A DNA stretch of 63,995 nt, filler included, from Fonticula-like sp. SCN 57-25 (Eukaryota): the NCBI GenBank assembly GCA_001724245.1. It is 6 parts of 6 records of this genome, joined end to end, with 100 filler letters (N's around TTAATTAATTAA, not from the genome) between each part and the next. Parts side by side here need not be neighbours in the genome. Positions count along the whole stretch, not along the records: positions 34,387 to 45,355 come from MEDX01000208.1; positions 45,456 to 56,392 come from MEDX01000209.1; 4 more parts are not named here. The stretch is one strand, 5' to 3'. The notes under the pieces were generated by a model that saw only the letters and a program-made list of their open reading frames with translations, was not told the origin of the DNA and ran no database searches. Shown here one piece after another: positions 35,216-50,215 of the stretch. Positions within the stretch are counted from its first letter, which is position 1, and the number at the start of each line of letters is the position of its first letter. The position numbers and the translations under genes were made by a program.

Positions 35216-38200
35216 TTACTTCTCAACTGCTCCTTCACCGCGGTCGCCCTCTGCCGCGCTCGCCACTGTCGCTGTTGCTGCTTCGTCGACGACCGCGAGG
35301 CATGCTCGAATATCGTCCGAGCCGATAACCCCATAGTAGTAAAAGTTGAGCAGATGGAGCGCAAAATTGTTCCTGAGCTTTTTCTGGACCAATACTGGAG
35401 CATGCGACGTCGCGAATGCCCGCACAAGACCTGGTACGTGGCGGTCTGCGATTACGACACCCTCGTAGGAGGCGACATGGGCATTCCATAGCTTCATCAT
35501 CTCCTTCTCACCAGTGTTGACATCGGAGAACTCGTCAATGAGGTGATTGCTGCGTTCGAGGATCCACGCCGCGTCGGCGTCATCGTCACTGTCGGCACGC
35601 AGAGCACCAGGGCGCACCGGCGAGTACCAGCGGGAGTGGTAAAAGATCCTGCGCGGGGCAGCTATCGTTAGCAACAATCAAACAATAGATAGCACCACAT
35701 CTCAATGTCCACCCACGCTTAAGTGCTCCCCCCCCCTCCTCCCTTCCAATGGCGCACCTGCTCCGTGTCACACGCTGCGCCAATGATGTCATTGACTGGC
35801 CACGGTAGGGGTCCAGGCGGGCCACATACGCAAAGTTGAGCGGGACACATCGGCCAATCTTTAAGAGCCCGTGAGACGAGAAACAATAGACCGTGCATCA
35901 AGCATTCATACCGCCGTGCGCACGAAGTACTCCTCTAGGTGAGCCGAAGACGCCAATGTCACACGAACGACTGCGGTTCCATGCTGCGGGACATCTTCAT
36001 CAGCCAGCTCGAAGCGGAAGCGGAAATGACTTGTTTGCAAGTGTGTCATCAGCGAAGAAATACTACCGCACTCTGTCTCATTACGTTAGACACGATGTGA
36101 CACTTTGAACGAGAAACAGAAAAACGAACGAGCGTACCTAGGTGACACCAGAGGCACTGGAAGGTGGGACACGTTCTTTGGAGGGTTGTTTCATGCTCCG
36201 CATTGTCCGCATTCCGTGATGTAAAAACGTATTCCACTGAGACCTGCGCACCATGCAGAGCTTCTTCACGTTCGATACGTTGTTTCTTCATGACTGTCAA
36301 ATCGTCCGCAAGTTCTGCACACCAAAAGTGAGCGACAGGAAACGGACCACTAACGGTACACAGTCAAGGAAACAAGCGAAAAACACACACTCCAAGTATT
36401 CCCATTCACCACGATTCCTCTAAGCAATTACGCACTCGTTGCGGTCATAAGCAGCCGTGTAAGTCTCTGACTCGTGAGTGGAAACAGGTATTGCTTTCCA
36501 TCATCAACCACTGGGGGGTCCCCTCCTGTCCCTCCCAACTCGGCGCCATTGCCGACTGCGCCGTTAGCACCATCAGCTGCCGCCTGCGCTGCCGCCGGCG
36601 GCTGAACCGCACCGGCCTGCCCGCCGCTGCCTTCCCCGCGCCGCCGCGGCGGAGGTGGCGAGACCGCCCAGGCCACGTGAAAGCGCAAACAGCGGCCAAA
36701 TGGATCGTCCACACTGCCAGTGCCATCCGAGCCGTCCCGAGAAGCTCCGAACGGGTCCACTCGACGAACCGGGCCACGCGACATACCAGAAGGAACAAAC
36801 TCCAGATGCTGCGCGGACGGGAGCGGACGAAGACACAATTCGTAGTCACCACCGGGAAGCAGCTCGCCAAGCACCTCATAGGCCGTCAGCTCCGCCGTTA
36901 GCACGGGGTAGCGCAAGTGAAGAGCGGCTGAAAGAAAAACAGTGAGTGGTCGGTCACCTTGCGAATTACGAGGAGATAAACGAATGATGAATAGACCGAT
37001 AAAGGGCGTATATCAATCGCACTGTGCAAACACCAGGCAATGTTCATAACAGTGATGAAAACCAATAGACAGCAATGAAAGTACACATTCCACTTTCGAA
37101 TCACTCAATTCACCGACCCAAACAATAATCCCTGTCGGACCATCTACCGCCCCGCCTACGTACGAAGGAGCGTGTCGTCATCCAGCTTCTGATGCAGCAG
37201 GAACGTCAGCATGTACGACTTTGGCGTGCTCGTCGCAAATCGCATTTCACCCTGGAAGCATGACGCGTCAAACTCGACCAGCGGGGACGACCGCACAGGT
37301 GTCAGGTCAAGTGAACCGCGTGTCGGCGCAACTGGGATCACGCGACGGAATCGCTCAATCAGGCGCGCAGCCGGGCGCACATCCTATTCAAACAATAGTC
37401 AGCAATGCCACCAATGGCAGTGTCGACCACCAACAAAAATGCCTCAATACATGCACAATATAATGCTCGATGAAAAAGAGCACGCAGATAAACATCACAA
37501 TGCACGCCAACGTCCAAGGAAACACCCCATTATCACCATCCTCCACCACTCATTCCAATTCTAGACGTACTGTGCGATTCTGCGGCGTGAGCTCAAAAAG
37601 AGAAACCTCGCATGTGACCTCGGACACTGCCCTGCTTCCAACATGGTCCGTGAAGTGCGAGTCCACAAGGCCACGGATATGAATGCGCAGCGACTTTTGA
37701 AAAAGGCTGCTCGTCTGGTGAGTTTCATTTCGCTAGGTAGAGAAGGCGTTCCACGTACGGGCTGTACAAAAACGTGTCTTCTTCTTCACGATTTGCCAGA
37801 AGGTCGTCCAGTTTAACACGAGAGCTATGGCGTCATGTTAATAACTAGCAAATCTCTCTGCAACAGCCCTTTCTAAAACGACTGCTACAAAGACCGGGCA
37901 CCGGCATGCATCCGCCTACCAGCAGCGCCTTCCCTACCCCCCCTGCCCGGGCCCATCCCACCGAGTCGCACCGTTTGCGAGAGTCCGGACGCGGGCGCGC
38001 GTCCAAATATGACAAGTTGCGCCAAAGAAACACCGGCTGCAGCAACAGTGAGTGGTCTGTCGAAAAGAAAATGTCACTCGATGCGCGTACGTTCGAGATG
38101 TGGCGAGCAGAGAGCAGCTTGTACAAGCACGAAGGACCTAACAAAAAAGCACAGGTTACATTCAGGTACACAGGTAAAACGAAAAGCGACAAGAAAATTC

Positions 38201-38451
38201 TCAGAGGGACCATACGACACGTCAAAGTGCGGTATCTCGACGCATATACGACGATGGTGGGGAAAAATATACCCGACACGAAAATCGTGAGATGAAAAAA
38301 ACCTCGTACCTGCGAGAACGTCGCTCAACTGACTCAATGAGTGCTGAGATGCTAGTTGTGGAGACGCAGTAACGGGGCTGGCCAGAGGGTTGGCGATCGC
38401 CTCATCGCCCACACTAGCGGGCGACCCGTCGCCGCCCATCACAACATCCAT
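35216..38451 (-). CDS. SUZ12: Polycomb repressive complex 2 subunit SUZ12 (VEFS-box protein)
   Basis: N-terminal FLLGPSCLYKLLSARH..PVFLWRNLSYL; zinc finger start FQCLWCH; VEFS box RIFYHS..DSDDD..W..IDEFSDVNTGEKEMMKLWNAHV..IADRHV. Start codon and internal exon limits are approximate. Confidence 0.9.
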
Positions 38452-38923
38452 CTGACGCCTCTTCAATCAACTCACCTGCCTTGAAAAAAGCAATAGAGAA
38501 GCCGCTGGTAAGTATGCGATATGCACAAGCTAAACGCAGTAGCATACACCAGAGCAGTACTCACCACGAGTTGAATAATTATATACTTGGTCGTCGCCCG
38601 CTCGCCGCTCCGGTGGTAGTATACCGCACGGACCTGGCGCCGACAAAAAGTGTTGCCAGAAACCGACCAGAAACCGACCCAAGGTCGATGTGTTCGATTT
38701 TTTGTTTTGTGGTGCTGAAAGCAGCGAATTTATTCACCTATGTGCTCGAGTTCGGCTCACGTTTCTTGGGCAATAATAACATGGTTGGCCATGGAATTGT
38801 GAAGTGGGTCTGCAAGTGGAAACATCAACTACGTAACTCTCTTTATTTGGGATTTAAATGACAACGGGTTCAAATTGTCTGTGTAAGAAAGGATGTAGGC
38901 TCGTGCGCATAGCCAGCTGGTGC

Positions 38924-40312
38924 TCACTTAGCCTGAAGCGACGCGAGCTTCTGCTCGAGAGCGCGGATCTGGACATCCTTCTGGGTGAGCTTGTCGTTGA
39001 GAAGCTTGTTCTCGTCCTTGAGCTTCGACCACGACTCCCTAAGCTCCTTCTCGTTCTTCGGGTTCTCAAGATCCTTACGGTCGGCGTTGACGTCGGCCGA
39101 GATGAAGTTGACGTCCTTGCGGACACCAGCGACGAAGCCCTTGTCGAGGGCAACGGTGACGGGGTTCGCGTCCTTGCCAGCAAAGTACTCGTCGCAGGTG
39201 AGCGCGGCCTTGCCGTCGGCGGCCGGGGGGAAAAGATCCTCCTGGAAGACGTCGGTCTTGCGAGGCACCTTGAACGAGATGGGCTCGATGAGGGAGGTGG
39301 TGAGCTTGTAGCAGCGCATCACCTCGACCTGCGTCACGTCGCAGGCGCGCTTCGGCACAAACGCCAAACCGCGCTGCGGCTCCTGGCTCTTGTACTCGTC
39401 AAGCAAAAACTGCCACGGCTTGTCGTCGACCATCTCGTAGTAGCGGATGTTGGCATCACCCTTGCCACCGAGGTAGAGCATCTTGCAGTCGGGGTCGTAG
39501 AACGGCATGAGCATGCCAGCGCTAGTGTCGAGGTTCTCCTGCACCAGGAGCGTGTCAAACGCCGACACATCGCGGATGTACATCTGGCGGTCAGACGTCT
39601 TGCTGAAACCGGTCGACGCGATGCGGTTGGTGTCGCCGAGCCAAACGATGCGCGAGCCCTTGATACCCTGGTGACCGTCGGCCTCCTGGACAACCTTGCC
39701 AGCGCGAATGTCAAACACGCGCGCCTTCTTGTCACGGCAAGAGGTAGCAATGAGGGAGCCATTGTAGTTGAAGCTCATCGAGTTAACGAGGTCAGTGTGG
39801 CCGAGGAGCTCGACCTTCTGCACGCCCTTCTCAATGTCCCACACCTTCATGGCGAGATCGCCGCCAGCAGACACAAGAGTGTTGTCCGCGGTGGGGTGGA
39901 ACTGGATGTTGCCAACCTTGCGCGAGTGGCCACCGAGAATGGCAGCGGGGGTCTCCTGCGGGGCGTCAATCTTCTCAGGGATGTTCCAGATCATCACCTT
40001 GCAGTCCTCGCTGGCCGAGGCAATGACGTAGTCATTGAACGGGTGGAAGTCAATGTCAAGCACGGGCGCCTTGTGAGCCTGGAAAAGGTTCGGCTGGGCG
40101 GGAAGCTTGCCGGTGTCCTCCTTCTGGTTGAGCACGGCGAAAGCACCACCACCTCCGGCCTCCCAGCAGACAGCCACGTACAGGCCGTTGGCCTTGATCA
40201 AGTTCGTGTCCCAAGCATTGCGCGAGGGCTTGACATTGTCAAAGCACTGCTCCTTCTTGGTGCCAGTGCCGTACACGTGGCGGAACTTGGACGCGCGCAC
40301 AAAACGAGACAT
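38924..40312 (-). CDS. Coronin
   Basis: MSRFVRASKFRHVYG, WD40 repeats, GKGDANIRYYE, EPISFKVPRKTDVFQEDLFP, C-terminal coiled coil; intronless. Confidence 0.97.
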   Translation of the reverse strand: MSRFVRASKFRHVYGTGTKKEQCFDNVKPSRNAWDTNLIKANGLYVAVCWEAGGGGAFAVLNQKEDTGKLPAQPNLFQAHKAPVLDIDFHPFNDYVIASASEDCKVMIWNIPEKIDAPQETPAAILGGHSRKVGNIQFHPTADNTLVSAGGDLAMKVWDIEKGVQKVELLGHTDLVNSMSFNYNGSLIATSCRDKKARVFDIRAGKVVQEADGHQGIKGSRIVWLGDTNRIASTGFSKTSDRQMYIRDVSAFDTLLVQENLDTSAGMLMPFYDPDCKMLYLGGKGDANIRYYEMVDDKPWQFLLDEYKSQEPQRGLAFVPKRACDVTQVEVMRCYKLTTSLIEPISFKVPRKTDVFQEDLFPPAADGKAALTCDEYFAGKDANPVTVALDKGFVAGVRKDVNFISADVNADRKDLENPKNEKELRESWSKLKDENKLLNDKLTQKDVQIRALEQKLASLQAK

Positions 40313-40835
40313 GCTGATGCAATACCTTCACTCCTGTGCGAGGAAAAAGAAAACAAAATGGGAGGGAAAGGGAGAAAAGAGAAAAGTGAGAAAAAATTTA
40401 AACATTGCCTTTTCGGGTAATGTTTGTCGTTTTTGGGCAATTCCACAACTGTGAGGGGATGAATCGGGGGTAAATAGTGGCGCAGGGCTGTGGCAGGGCT
40501 GCCCGATTGGGTGGTTTCTGACCAGTTTCGCTCTGCCAGTGTATCAGTGCTGCATCAGTGCATGCCGTCAGAACTTGCCATTAAAAAATGAGCCACATCG
40601 TCACACGAACCAAACACGCTTACCGGCACATTGCATATAACTACTGGTATGTTGTAAAATGATAATTTGTCTTTTGATATCCACACTATTCGATCATACC
40701 ATGTGTCGACACATCATATAGCTTCCGTGGTAGCTAAAATCCATGCTGTATTCTTCGGTGTGGACTCTATTATTAAAGATGACAAATATTCACTCATGAA
40801 CCGTGGTTAAATATATTAATAGAGCGTGTATATGT

Positions 40836-43054
<2,219 letters not shown>

Positions 43055-43523
43055 TTTGGCGACTATAAGAGCGCAATGTTAGACGTCTGTTTGAAATAAT
43101 GTGCCCCAAGAGGACAACCGCAACGAATAAACGTCAATCCACAGATTCACACTGCACGCAGCGCAATGTGAAAGCTCTGCTGGTTGTAAACACCAAAAAA
43201 ACACAGCCGCTCACAGCGTGTGGTCGCGGCCAACACGTTGTTCTCATCCCATCTTTACCTTTCTTTCGGGTTCACTATTCCTTATGTTCGCCTCCCCACG
43301 GCTCCCTTCCATCCCCACCGCCATATATGTACCTCAAAGAGCACCGGCTCGTAGTTTACGACGAGTCTAACGTTCGTGCCTTTCCGGTCGACCTACCCCG
43401 GTACCTCCTGCCGGCACAGCAAACTGAAATTTCCTTTTTTATCCTCCGACAACAATATTTCCAAATACGGCACTACAATTTCCTAATACGGATAATTTGG
43501 GTTCCCGAGAACAGTGGTAAGGA

Positions 43524-44674
43524 ATGGAAAGGTTTCATGTAACGATGACGGTGAAAAACGTCATACTGCCCCTCAAGCGACGTTGGTTCGGCAGGAAGCT
43601 GTCGGTCATGTCGTTGTCGCCGTCGTCGCCGCTAGATCGGCCGTCGCCTTCTGTTTCCCCTGTGCCTGAGGAAGATATTGAAGATGACCAGGAGGTGATG
43701 CAGGATGCTAGTGAGGATGTTGATGATCCGACCGCGTATGCGCGCGAGCGTCGTGCTGCTGGTTTGAGAGGCGAAGTACGTGCAAAATTAAGATCGCATC
43801 TATTGTGGAAATGGTTGTGTAGTTGTGGCGTTTACATTTTTGTGCTTTGCCTGTGTTGCGTTCTAGACCTTTGAGCCATTATTTTTGTTTTATTTGATGA
43901 TACAATCACTTGACTCTTTGTTTCGCGTTTGGGTGCCTATTCTCGAGCGTGTTGAAAAGTTCTGCGTGCTCACCCGTTCGTGTTCTTCAGGAAGTGCGCA
44001 TCTACTGCGACGGCATCTTTGATTTGTTTCACTATGCGCATGCCCGTCTTTTGGAGCAGGCGAAGCACTCTTTTTTCCCGAATGTTCATCTTTTAGTTGG
44101 CGTTTGCAGCGATGCAACGACGCATCTTCACAAGGGCCCTACAGTGCTCACCGAGTCTGAGCGCTACGAGTCTGTGCGCCATTGCCGCCACGCGGACACG
44201 GTGATTCCCGATGCGCCCTGGGTAATTACACAGTCGTTCCTCGATGAGCATCGGATCGACTTTGTGGCGCATGATGGTGATCCGTACCCGAGCGCCGACT
44301 CTGCGGACGTGTACAGTTTTGTGAAGCGACAGGGGCGGTTCCTCGCGACGACGCGGACAGATGGCGTGAGCACGTCAGATCTGATTGCGCGCATTATCAG
44401 GGACTATGACGGGTACATTCGGCGCAATTTGCGGCGGGGTTATTCGGCGGAGGACCTCAACGTCGGCTTTATCAAACGGCAGCAGGTGAAGCTCGAGGAG
44501 CGGATAGAGAATGTGAAGGAAAAGTGGGAACGCGAGAGGAGCAGGATCAAGCGTGGGTTCGAGGAGGTGGAAGGGGAAATCGACAAACACGTGCAGCACG
44601 CCGTACGCATGGTTCTCGGCGACAAGAGGCGACGAGGCGAAGAGGACGACGCGGCGGAATCTAGAGAAAAGTAG
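43524..44674 (+). CDS. PCYT1: Choline-phosphate cytidylyltransferase
   Basis: VRIYCDGIFDLFHYAHA, ERYESVRHCRHAD, IDFVAHD, TRTDGVSTSDLIARIIRDYD, RRNLRRGYS; one intron. Confidence 0.94.
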
Positions 44675-44917
44675 CATCTTGCCGAGCACTTATAATACAG
44701 ACAATTCAATATATTTTATGCCGTTTTTGCGAAGCAGCGTCGTGGGTTCTGTCCGATGCCGCGGCGCCCTTTCCTCTGTGTACAGACTCTATTCGCGAAG
44801 CTGAATCAAGCTCTTAAAATTATCCAATCCATCTTCTAATTCACAATTATCTCGCTCTTTGGTCATCCATGTTTGATATTCATTTCATAGTTGCACTTGG
44901 TGATTTATTATTTCATA

Positions 44918-45355
44918 TCAAGATATCATTTTCTGGAAAGCAACGATGGCGAGGGCCGCCGTGTCTCTGCCCTTGCCCTGCGCGACGCTCCCTTCAATCC
45001 CGTCAATGTGGGCAACATCGACCTGTGCAAAGTACGCGTCCGCAATGAGCTCTGCAGCGGTGGGCGGCTCGCGCGACTTGTCGAGCACGCGAAGCAGTAC
45101 TGCCCTGAGCTCCTCGCTGCCTCCGTCAGTGGGTGCCTGCGTCACCTCGCGGCCTGCCGCCATCTCGGCAAGCGCAAGACCAAACATGACAATATCAATC
45201 ATCCACGTGGCGGACAGCTGGAATTTGCGTGCGACGTAAAGGCGGTTCGGCGGAATGGCGGCGGCGAGCGCGGCAGGCGACGTGAGCGAGCAGCGCGTGT
45301 GCTTGGTGGGCTGCGTATGCTCGCTTAAAAACATATTACCAGTGTGAACGTGGCC
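44918..45355 (-). CDS. PXK/Slob-like pseudokinase, C-terminal fragment
   Basis: GHVHTGNMFL...IDIVMFGLALAEMAAG...PPTAAELIADAYF resembles recalled PXK GHLHASNV..DVHCFGHLLYEM..PTISRLL. Confidence 0.68.
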   Translation of the reverse strand, partial: GHVHTGNMFLSEHTQPTKHTRCSLTSPAALAAAIPPNRLYVARKFQLSATWMIDIVMFGLALAEMAAGREVTQAPTDGGSEELRAVLLRVLDKSREPPTAAELIADAYFAQVDVAHIDGIEGSVAQGKGRDTAALAIVAFQKMIS

Positions 45356-45455
45356 NNNNNNNNNNNNNNNNNNNNNNNNNNNNNNNNNNNNNNNNNNNNT
45401 TAATTAATTAANNNNNNNNNNNNNNNNNNNNNNNNNNNNNNNNNNNNNNNNNNNN
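45356..45455. other. Artificial contig-joining spacer
   Basis: N run with TTAATTAATTAA. Confidence 0.99.
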
Positions 45456-45790
45456 AACCGGAAACACTCGGCAGTGCGGGCGAGGTCTTGCAGCAGCATT
45501 CCCGACCAAACTGGTGGTACGAACACATGCCGACCGCACAACAAATGAACAGCGCCCCAGCATTGTGTACACGACTCTTTCCGCGACAAGCAGCTATCGG
45601 CAGACTCGAGCAGTGACTCGCAACAGTCCACGACGCTCAGACGATGCTTGAACTACTGACAGTGTGACAGTGTGACAGCTGCGACTGGGTAGCCAATTTA
45701 GTTCACCTCGAGATTTTTAGTGGGTAGGTGTCGTTGCATGGTGTGTCATACTCCGTTCGACATTGCTTCAATTGCTTTCGTCAGAGCGGA

Positions 45791-46792
45791 ATGGCCGACG
45801 GACTGCCTCGTGCGTTTGTAGAGCACCATGTACGCCAGTATGGTCAGGAACGCTGTGGACGACTGCTCGCATCCATGAGGCAACCCACACGCCATGTGGC
45901 GCTGATCAACACTTTGGCGCTCGACGGGGCTCACGACTTGCCGATTGTCCCCGCCTCGTGGCGCAAGGTAGAATGGTGTCATCCGCTCGTTGCTTACGAG
46001 TGCACTACGGGTCTGTTTGAGCCGCCTGTACGGCTGCCGAATGGACTATTGCCGTATTACCTTCTTGACGCGGCATCTTTGCTTCCAGTGCTCGCCCTAG
46101 GGGTGCGAGCGGGCGACAAGGTGCTCGACTTGTGCGCCGCACCCGGAGGCAAGTCGGTTGCCATTGCACAGTTCCTCTTTGGGTCGCTTCCTACAGACGA
46201 CGCCGATAGCAGCTCTGCTCTGCCAATTGGTCTTTTGAGATCGGACTCCCGCTTGACAAGCAATGAGAAGAATGAGACTCGCCGGAAACGCCTGCAGGCT
46301 GTCCTTGGCACGCATATTCCTGCTGCCACGGCTCGCGGGAGCTGTACTGTGATGGGCTTTGATGGTACACTGATGCCGCCACGACTGACAGCCGCCAATA
46401 CGCGCGTTCTTGTTGATGCGCCGTGTTCGTCAGACCGGCACCTCGTGCACGCTCCAAGAGAGGCCAGCGCGTGGTCCATGGCAAAGGTTCGGCAGACAGC
46501 CAAACTCCAAGTCGATCTTCTTCGCGCCGCTCTTGAGGGAGCTGTTGACGGTGGGGTTGTGGTTTATTCGACGTGCGCGCTGAGCAGGGAGGAGAACGAC
46601 GATGTAGTAAGGCAGGTACTCGAAAAGCATCCCGCGCATTGGGGAGTCAAGTTGGCGCACCCGCCGGGAAAAACATGGCCTATCGGAGAGCCTACTGAGT
46701 TGGGCTGGATTGTTCTTCCAGACAATAACGACGGCGTGTGGGGACCTATTTACTTTGCCGTGTTGGAACGAACACCCCGCAAGGCGCGATGA
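45791..46792 (+). CDS. RNA cytosine-C5 methyltransferase, NSUN3/NSUN4-like (RsmB/NOP2 family)
   Basis: [57 protein letters not shown]; intronless. Confidence 0.93.
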   Translation: MADGLPRAFVEHHVRQYGQERCGRLLASMRQPTRHVALINTLALDGAHDLPIVPASWRKVEWCHPLVAYECTTGLFEPPVRLPNGLLPYYLLDAASLLPVLALGVRAGDKVLDLCAAPGGKSVAIAQFLFGSLPTDDADSSSALPIGLLRSDSRLTSNEKNETRRKRLQAVLGTHIPAATARGSCTVMGFDGTLMPPRLTAANTRVLVDAPCSSDRHLVHAPREASAWSMAKVRQTAKLQVDLLRAALEGAVDGGVVVYSTCALSREENDDVVRQVLEKHPAHWGVKLAHPPGKTWPIGEPTELGWIVLPDNNDGVWGPIYFAVLERTPRKAR

Positions 46793-48729
46793 GTTTTTTT
46801 GCGCATCCGTAGTCACTGCTCATAGTGTACTGCGTTGGCAGTGAAGCGACTGTGTACTTTATTGCTGTTGGTTTAGTGCGCACTGTGTAATATATACGCA
46901 ACTAGTCCTGTTGAAGAGTAACTGTTTCTGCGTGTTGGTATCGCAGCAGACGTTGACCGTCGTGTCTACGCAACATTTGATTCAAGTTTCAAAAGTGCCC
47001 CCTGTGACATTCACGAATATGTGTATGACTTTCTTCATTAACGAAAGACACCGCTCTATTTATGCTCTTGTAACTGGCGTCGACCATCTGATATACGAGG
47101 CATGGATGGATACCCATTGAGTGCATTTTAATGATGCTGCCTGCATTGTCCCTCTTGCGTTTCAGCATTGTGCAACGCAGCGTTAGCACTGTCGGTCACT
47201 GTTAACACTGTTTAAAACCTGTTTGAAACAATATAACACTAATATATGTACGGCACACAACACTACGAACATGAATTGTTTAAAAAAACGCACTGTTAGG
47301 TCGATGTTGGTGGACTGAAGAAGCATTCAAATTGCGTTTTATCACTGTAATAATACACTCAGCATTGTAAACCGCTGTGTTACCATGCTGCCGCTTCGAC
47401 GTAGCTTCAGGCTGCGGCCATATATCATCACATGTCATACTTTGCTGTTTCGGTACTGATTTCCTACTGAAAAAACAGTACTTCACCACTGTTTTACTGT
47501 TTGGATGCGCTGCTTAAACAGTCACGAACCATTGCATAAAACAGTGCTCTACGATTGATGTTACTTTTAGTCGCTCATTCATTGAAATGACATTGTTACA
47601 ATAGAAACATTGTTCCTCGACATGGCTGCAGTAACAACACAGTAGTGAAATAGATGCGGAGCATTGTTTTTTTTGTTGCTGGCGTGCGCTGTGAGGCCAT
47701 TTGGGCAAGCCATCGAAACTGTTGCTCTCTCTCCTAGCCATGTCAGATCGCTTGTGACGAGAAATGGGTTGATTTAACCATGCTAGGGTTGTGGAGGTTT
47801 GCTGGGAGTAGAGGTCAATAAGCCGTGTGCAATAAAGACCTTAAGAAAGGCACTACAGCTACAGCTTTCATTCTAGGAAGCACATATTATAGAGAGGAAG
47901 GACTGGAACCATGTAGAATGATGTGGACTGCCGTACAGCGGTTCATAGCTTCGATGACTGTGAATACAACGACTGATACAACAAATGCTATATATGTGAC
48001 AGCCCGATGCACAATCGTCGTCCCACAATAGTGGGATTGAAATCAGCTATGGTCGTATTTGCATGCTCTTGGCGTGCTTGCGTGGTCGATAATTAGTTCG
48101 CTCGATATATGTGAGTTAGCAATACCACACTGTAGCATAAAGTGCATTGAGAATGTGAGTGGCATCGCAGTCCGGCTTGGTATACTGGGATGTTGGGTCG
48201 GCACCGCAAGTCAGCCATCATATGACTTTCGGGGTCGACCCGATACTGACTCTTCAAGCGCTACAGCAGCACACTGCCGCGGCGGCGCCACTCTTTGTAT
48301 AATAATATCATGATACTATGCCATAAAAAACTCCACGGGGTAACCTTCTTGCGAGTGACACAAGCGACACAGCTTTTGCTGGTCGACCTCCGTTGGCAAT
48401 TCATTCGTGTGCCTGGCATCCAAATTCACTCCGGTTTTTCGCCTTAAACGTTTTATTGCGAAAGTGACGTCGTTAGACCGTCAGTCTGTCTTCCATTCGG
48501 TCGTGAAAGGGAAAGGGGGGGGGCATCCTCTTAGCGGAGCAAACAACTTATTCAGGGAACGATAACGAGACAACTTATGGTTAGGCACGTTTGTGATGAT
48601 TTGCTGTACGTAATACTCTACTTTTCCAACGACGTCGATACGTACACACTTCTTTTTTCTCCACGTCGTTCGGCTCCCGTGTAAGGTTCCGCGTCTATTG
48701 CGGCAACGCGTATCACAATACCCTTTCTC

Positions 48730-49070
48730 TTGCGCAGCTGTTCTTCGCGTGGCATCATTCGACTCGTCTCTGCCGTAACCGCAGCTCTGCGACGCACACT
48801 CGTGTGAAGATGGCGCAAGCTACGCTCCATCAATAAATGCGATTCCTTGATGATCGACCATGCAGTCTAGACTGACCCACCCGCTTACGCGCATATAAAT
48901 ACGTGCTGAACTTGTCAGGACGTTCATACGAAGGACCGCAACGAGCGCTAGCAGTTCCCGAAAAAATAAAAGGACAACGCACCTGCCCTGCCCTGGCAGT
49001 TTATCTCCGACTGGTCAGGCCTTTTTTCAAACTTCTCATCCCTCCTTCCGCTGTTCTTTTTGTCGTGCAA
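48730..49070 (+). mobile_element. Degenerate interspersed repeat, copy C (most diverged)
   Basis: TTCGACTCGTCTC near 48758 and GCAGTTTATCTCCGACTGGTCA at about 48996-49017, in the same order and similar spacing as copies A and B. Confidence 0.45.
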
Positions 49071-49729
49071 AAAAGTCAGGACGTTGATATGGTCCAATCA
49101 CGAAACGATTCGATTGTAAATAGAGGAGTTTTGTGTGTTTTCAGTGATTCGATTGGTCAATATACATAATAAAGAATACACTGATCATTTGGTTTGTGTG
49201 ACCAAAATATGCTGCTTCCTGCTTGCTCACGGCACGGGGTGTCCGAATGAAGGTGGTGGTCAAAGAAGCTGGTGGCGTGTTATATAGCCACGAGTTGCCT
49301 TCCTGTGAGGATTGGGTGGCCCATTGTTCACTCCTTTCCGTATGCGAGAATAAATGAAGCCCGTATCCTGCTTTTGAATAGAAGAATAGAGAGAGGTAAG
49401 CTTTGAATGTCGTGATAATCATTCATGTATATTGGTGTAGACGAAAGCCATTCCATGAACGTTTTGTTGCCCCACCAGAAAGCAGGCCGGAATTTTAAGT
49501 CTGTAACCTCGTCATTCCTCACCTTCCTCCAGAATTGCGTGATTATGAGCTCAATATCTGATTCTGAATTGCTCGACTTGTACTCAGCATCAACACAAGG
49601 ACGTAGGGGCTTCCTTTGAGGACCCGCAAGGTGTCTGTGTGGCACGATTCGTTGACAAGACACCCCTGCACAATCATACTCGAGAGCAGAAGAGTGTTTC
49701 ATGCCGTTTTTTCCTACCGATCCATTTTT

Positions 49730-50215
49730 TAGGAACCACCTCCACCTCCACTACACGTGCAGCGCCCTCCTGCACCGCACATATCGCTCACCGAGTGACA
49801 CCGTTCGACTCGTCTCGTGGCGAGCTCTCGAACGACCTCTGAACCATCGCTCTACGACACGTACTCGCGGAGATATGAGCACCTGCTGCATGCGAGAATC
49901 ACCGACCGATGATTTCTTTGTGGGCTCAGACGACGCCCCTCGTTCTAGTCTTCACCGTCACCGCCCCCCACGCGCACACACGTACAGCGCTTATCAGGCC
50001 CGTCCTTCAGACGCAGGACCAATGGCGCGCACTACAGCTGACTCGCAGGACGCCCACGCCAGTACTGGGCTCGCAGCATATCTCCGACTGGTCAATCTTT
50101 TTGTGTTCATTGCATGGAATTTGCCCCGTGGCACCGTCCTTTTGTGTGCTTTTCTTTGCGAAAGAATGCAAGCCTGGGCACACAACGCAAGCTGGGGCGG
50201 GGCACACTGTCACAG
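49730..50215 (+). mobile_element. Degenerate interspersed repeat, copy B
   Basis: Homologous to 34690-35155; best frame reads HAHTRTALIRPVLQTQDQWRALQL..VLGSQHISDWS. Confidence 0.6.

Noticed and set aside
45456-45660. Cys-rich minus-strand frame (CTQCWGAVHLLCG) resembling a PHD finger
   Set aside because: Too short, truncated at the contig edge, and without a clear start or codon bias.
47753-48027. Possible solo LTR (TGTGACG...CCCACA with internal AATAAA)
   Set aside because: No target-site duplication, no second copy, and no primer-binding site or polypurine tract that I could support.
49425-49619. YIGVDESH as a Walker B motif of an ATPase
   Set aside because: In-frame stop just upstream, no Walker A, and the opposite strand looks more protein-like.
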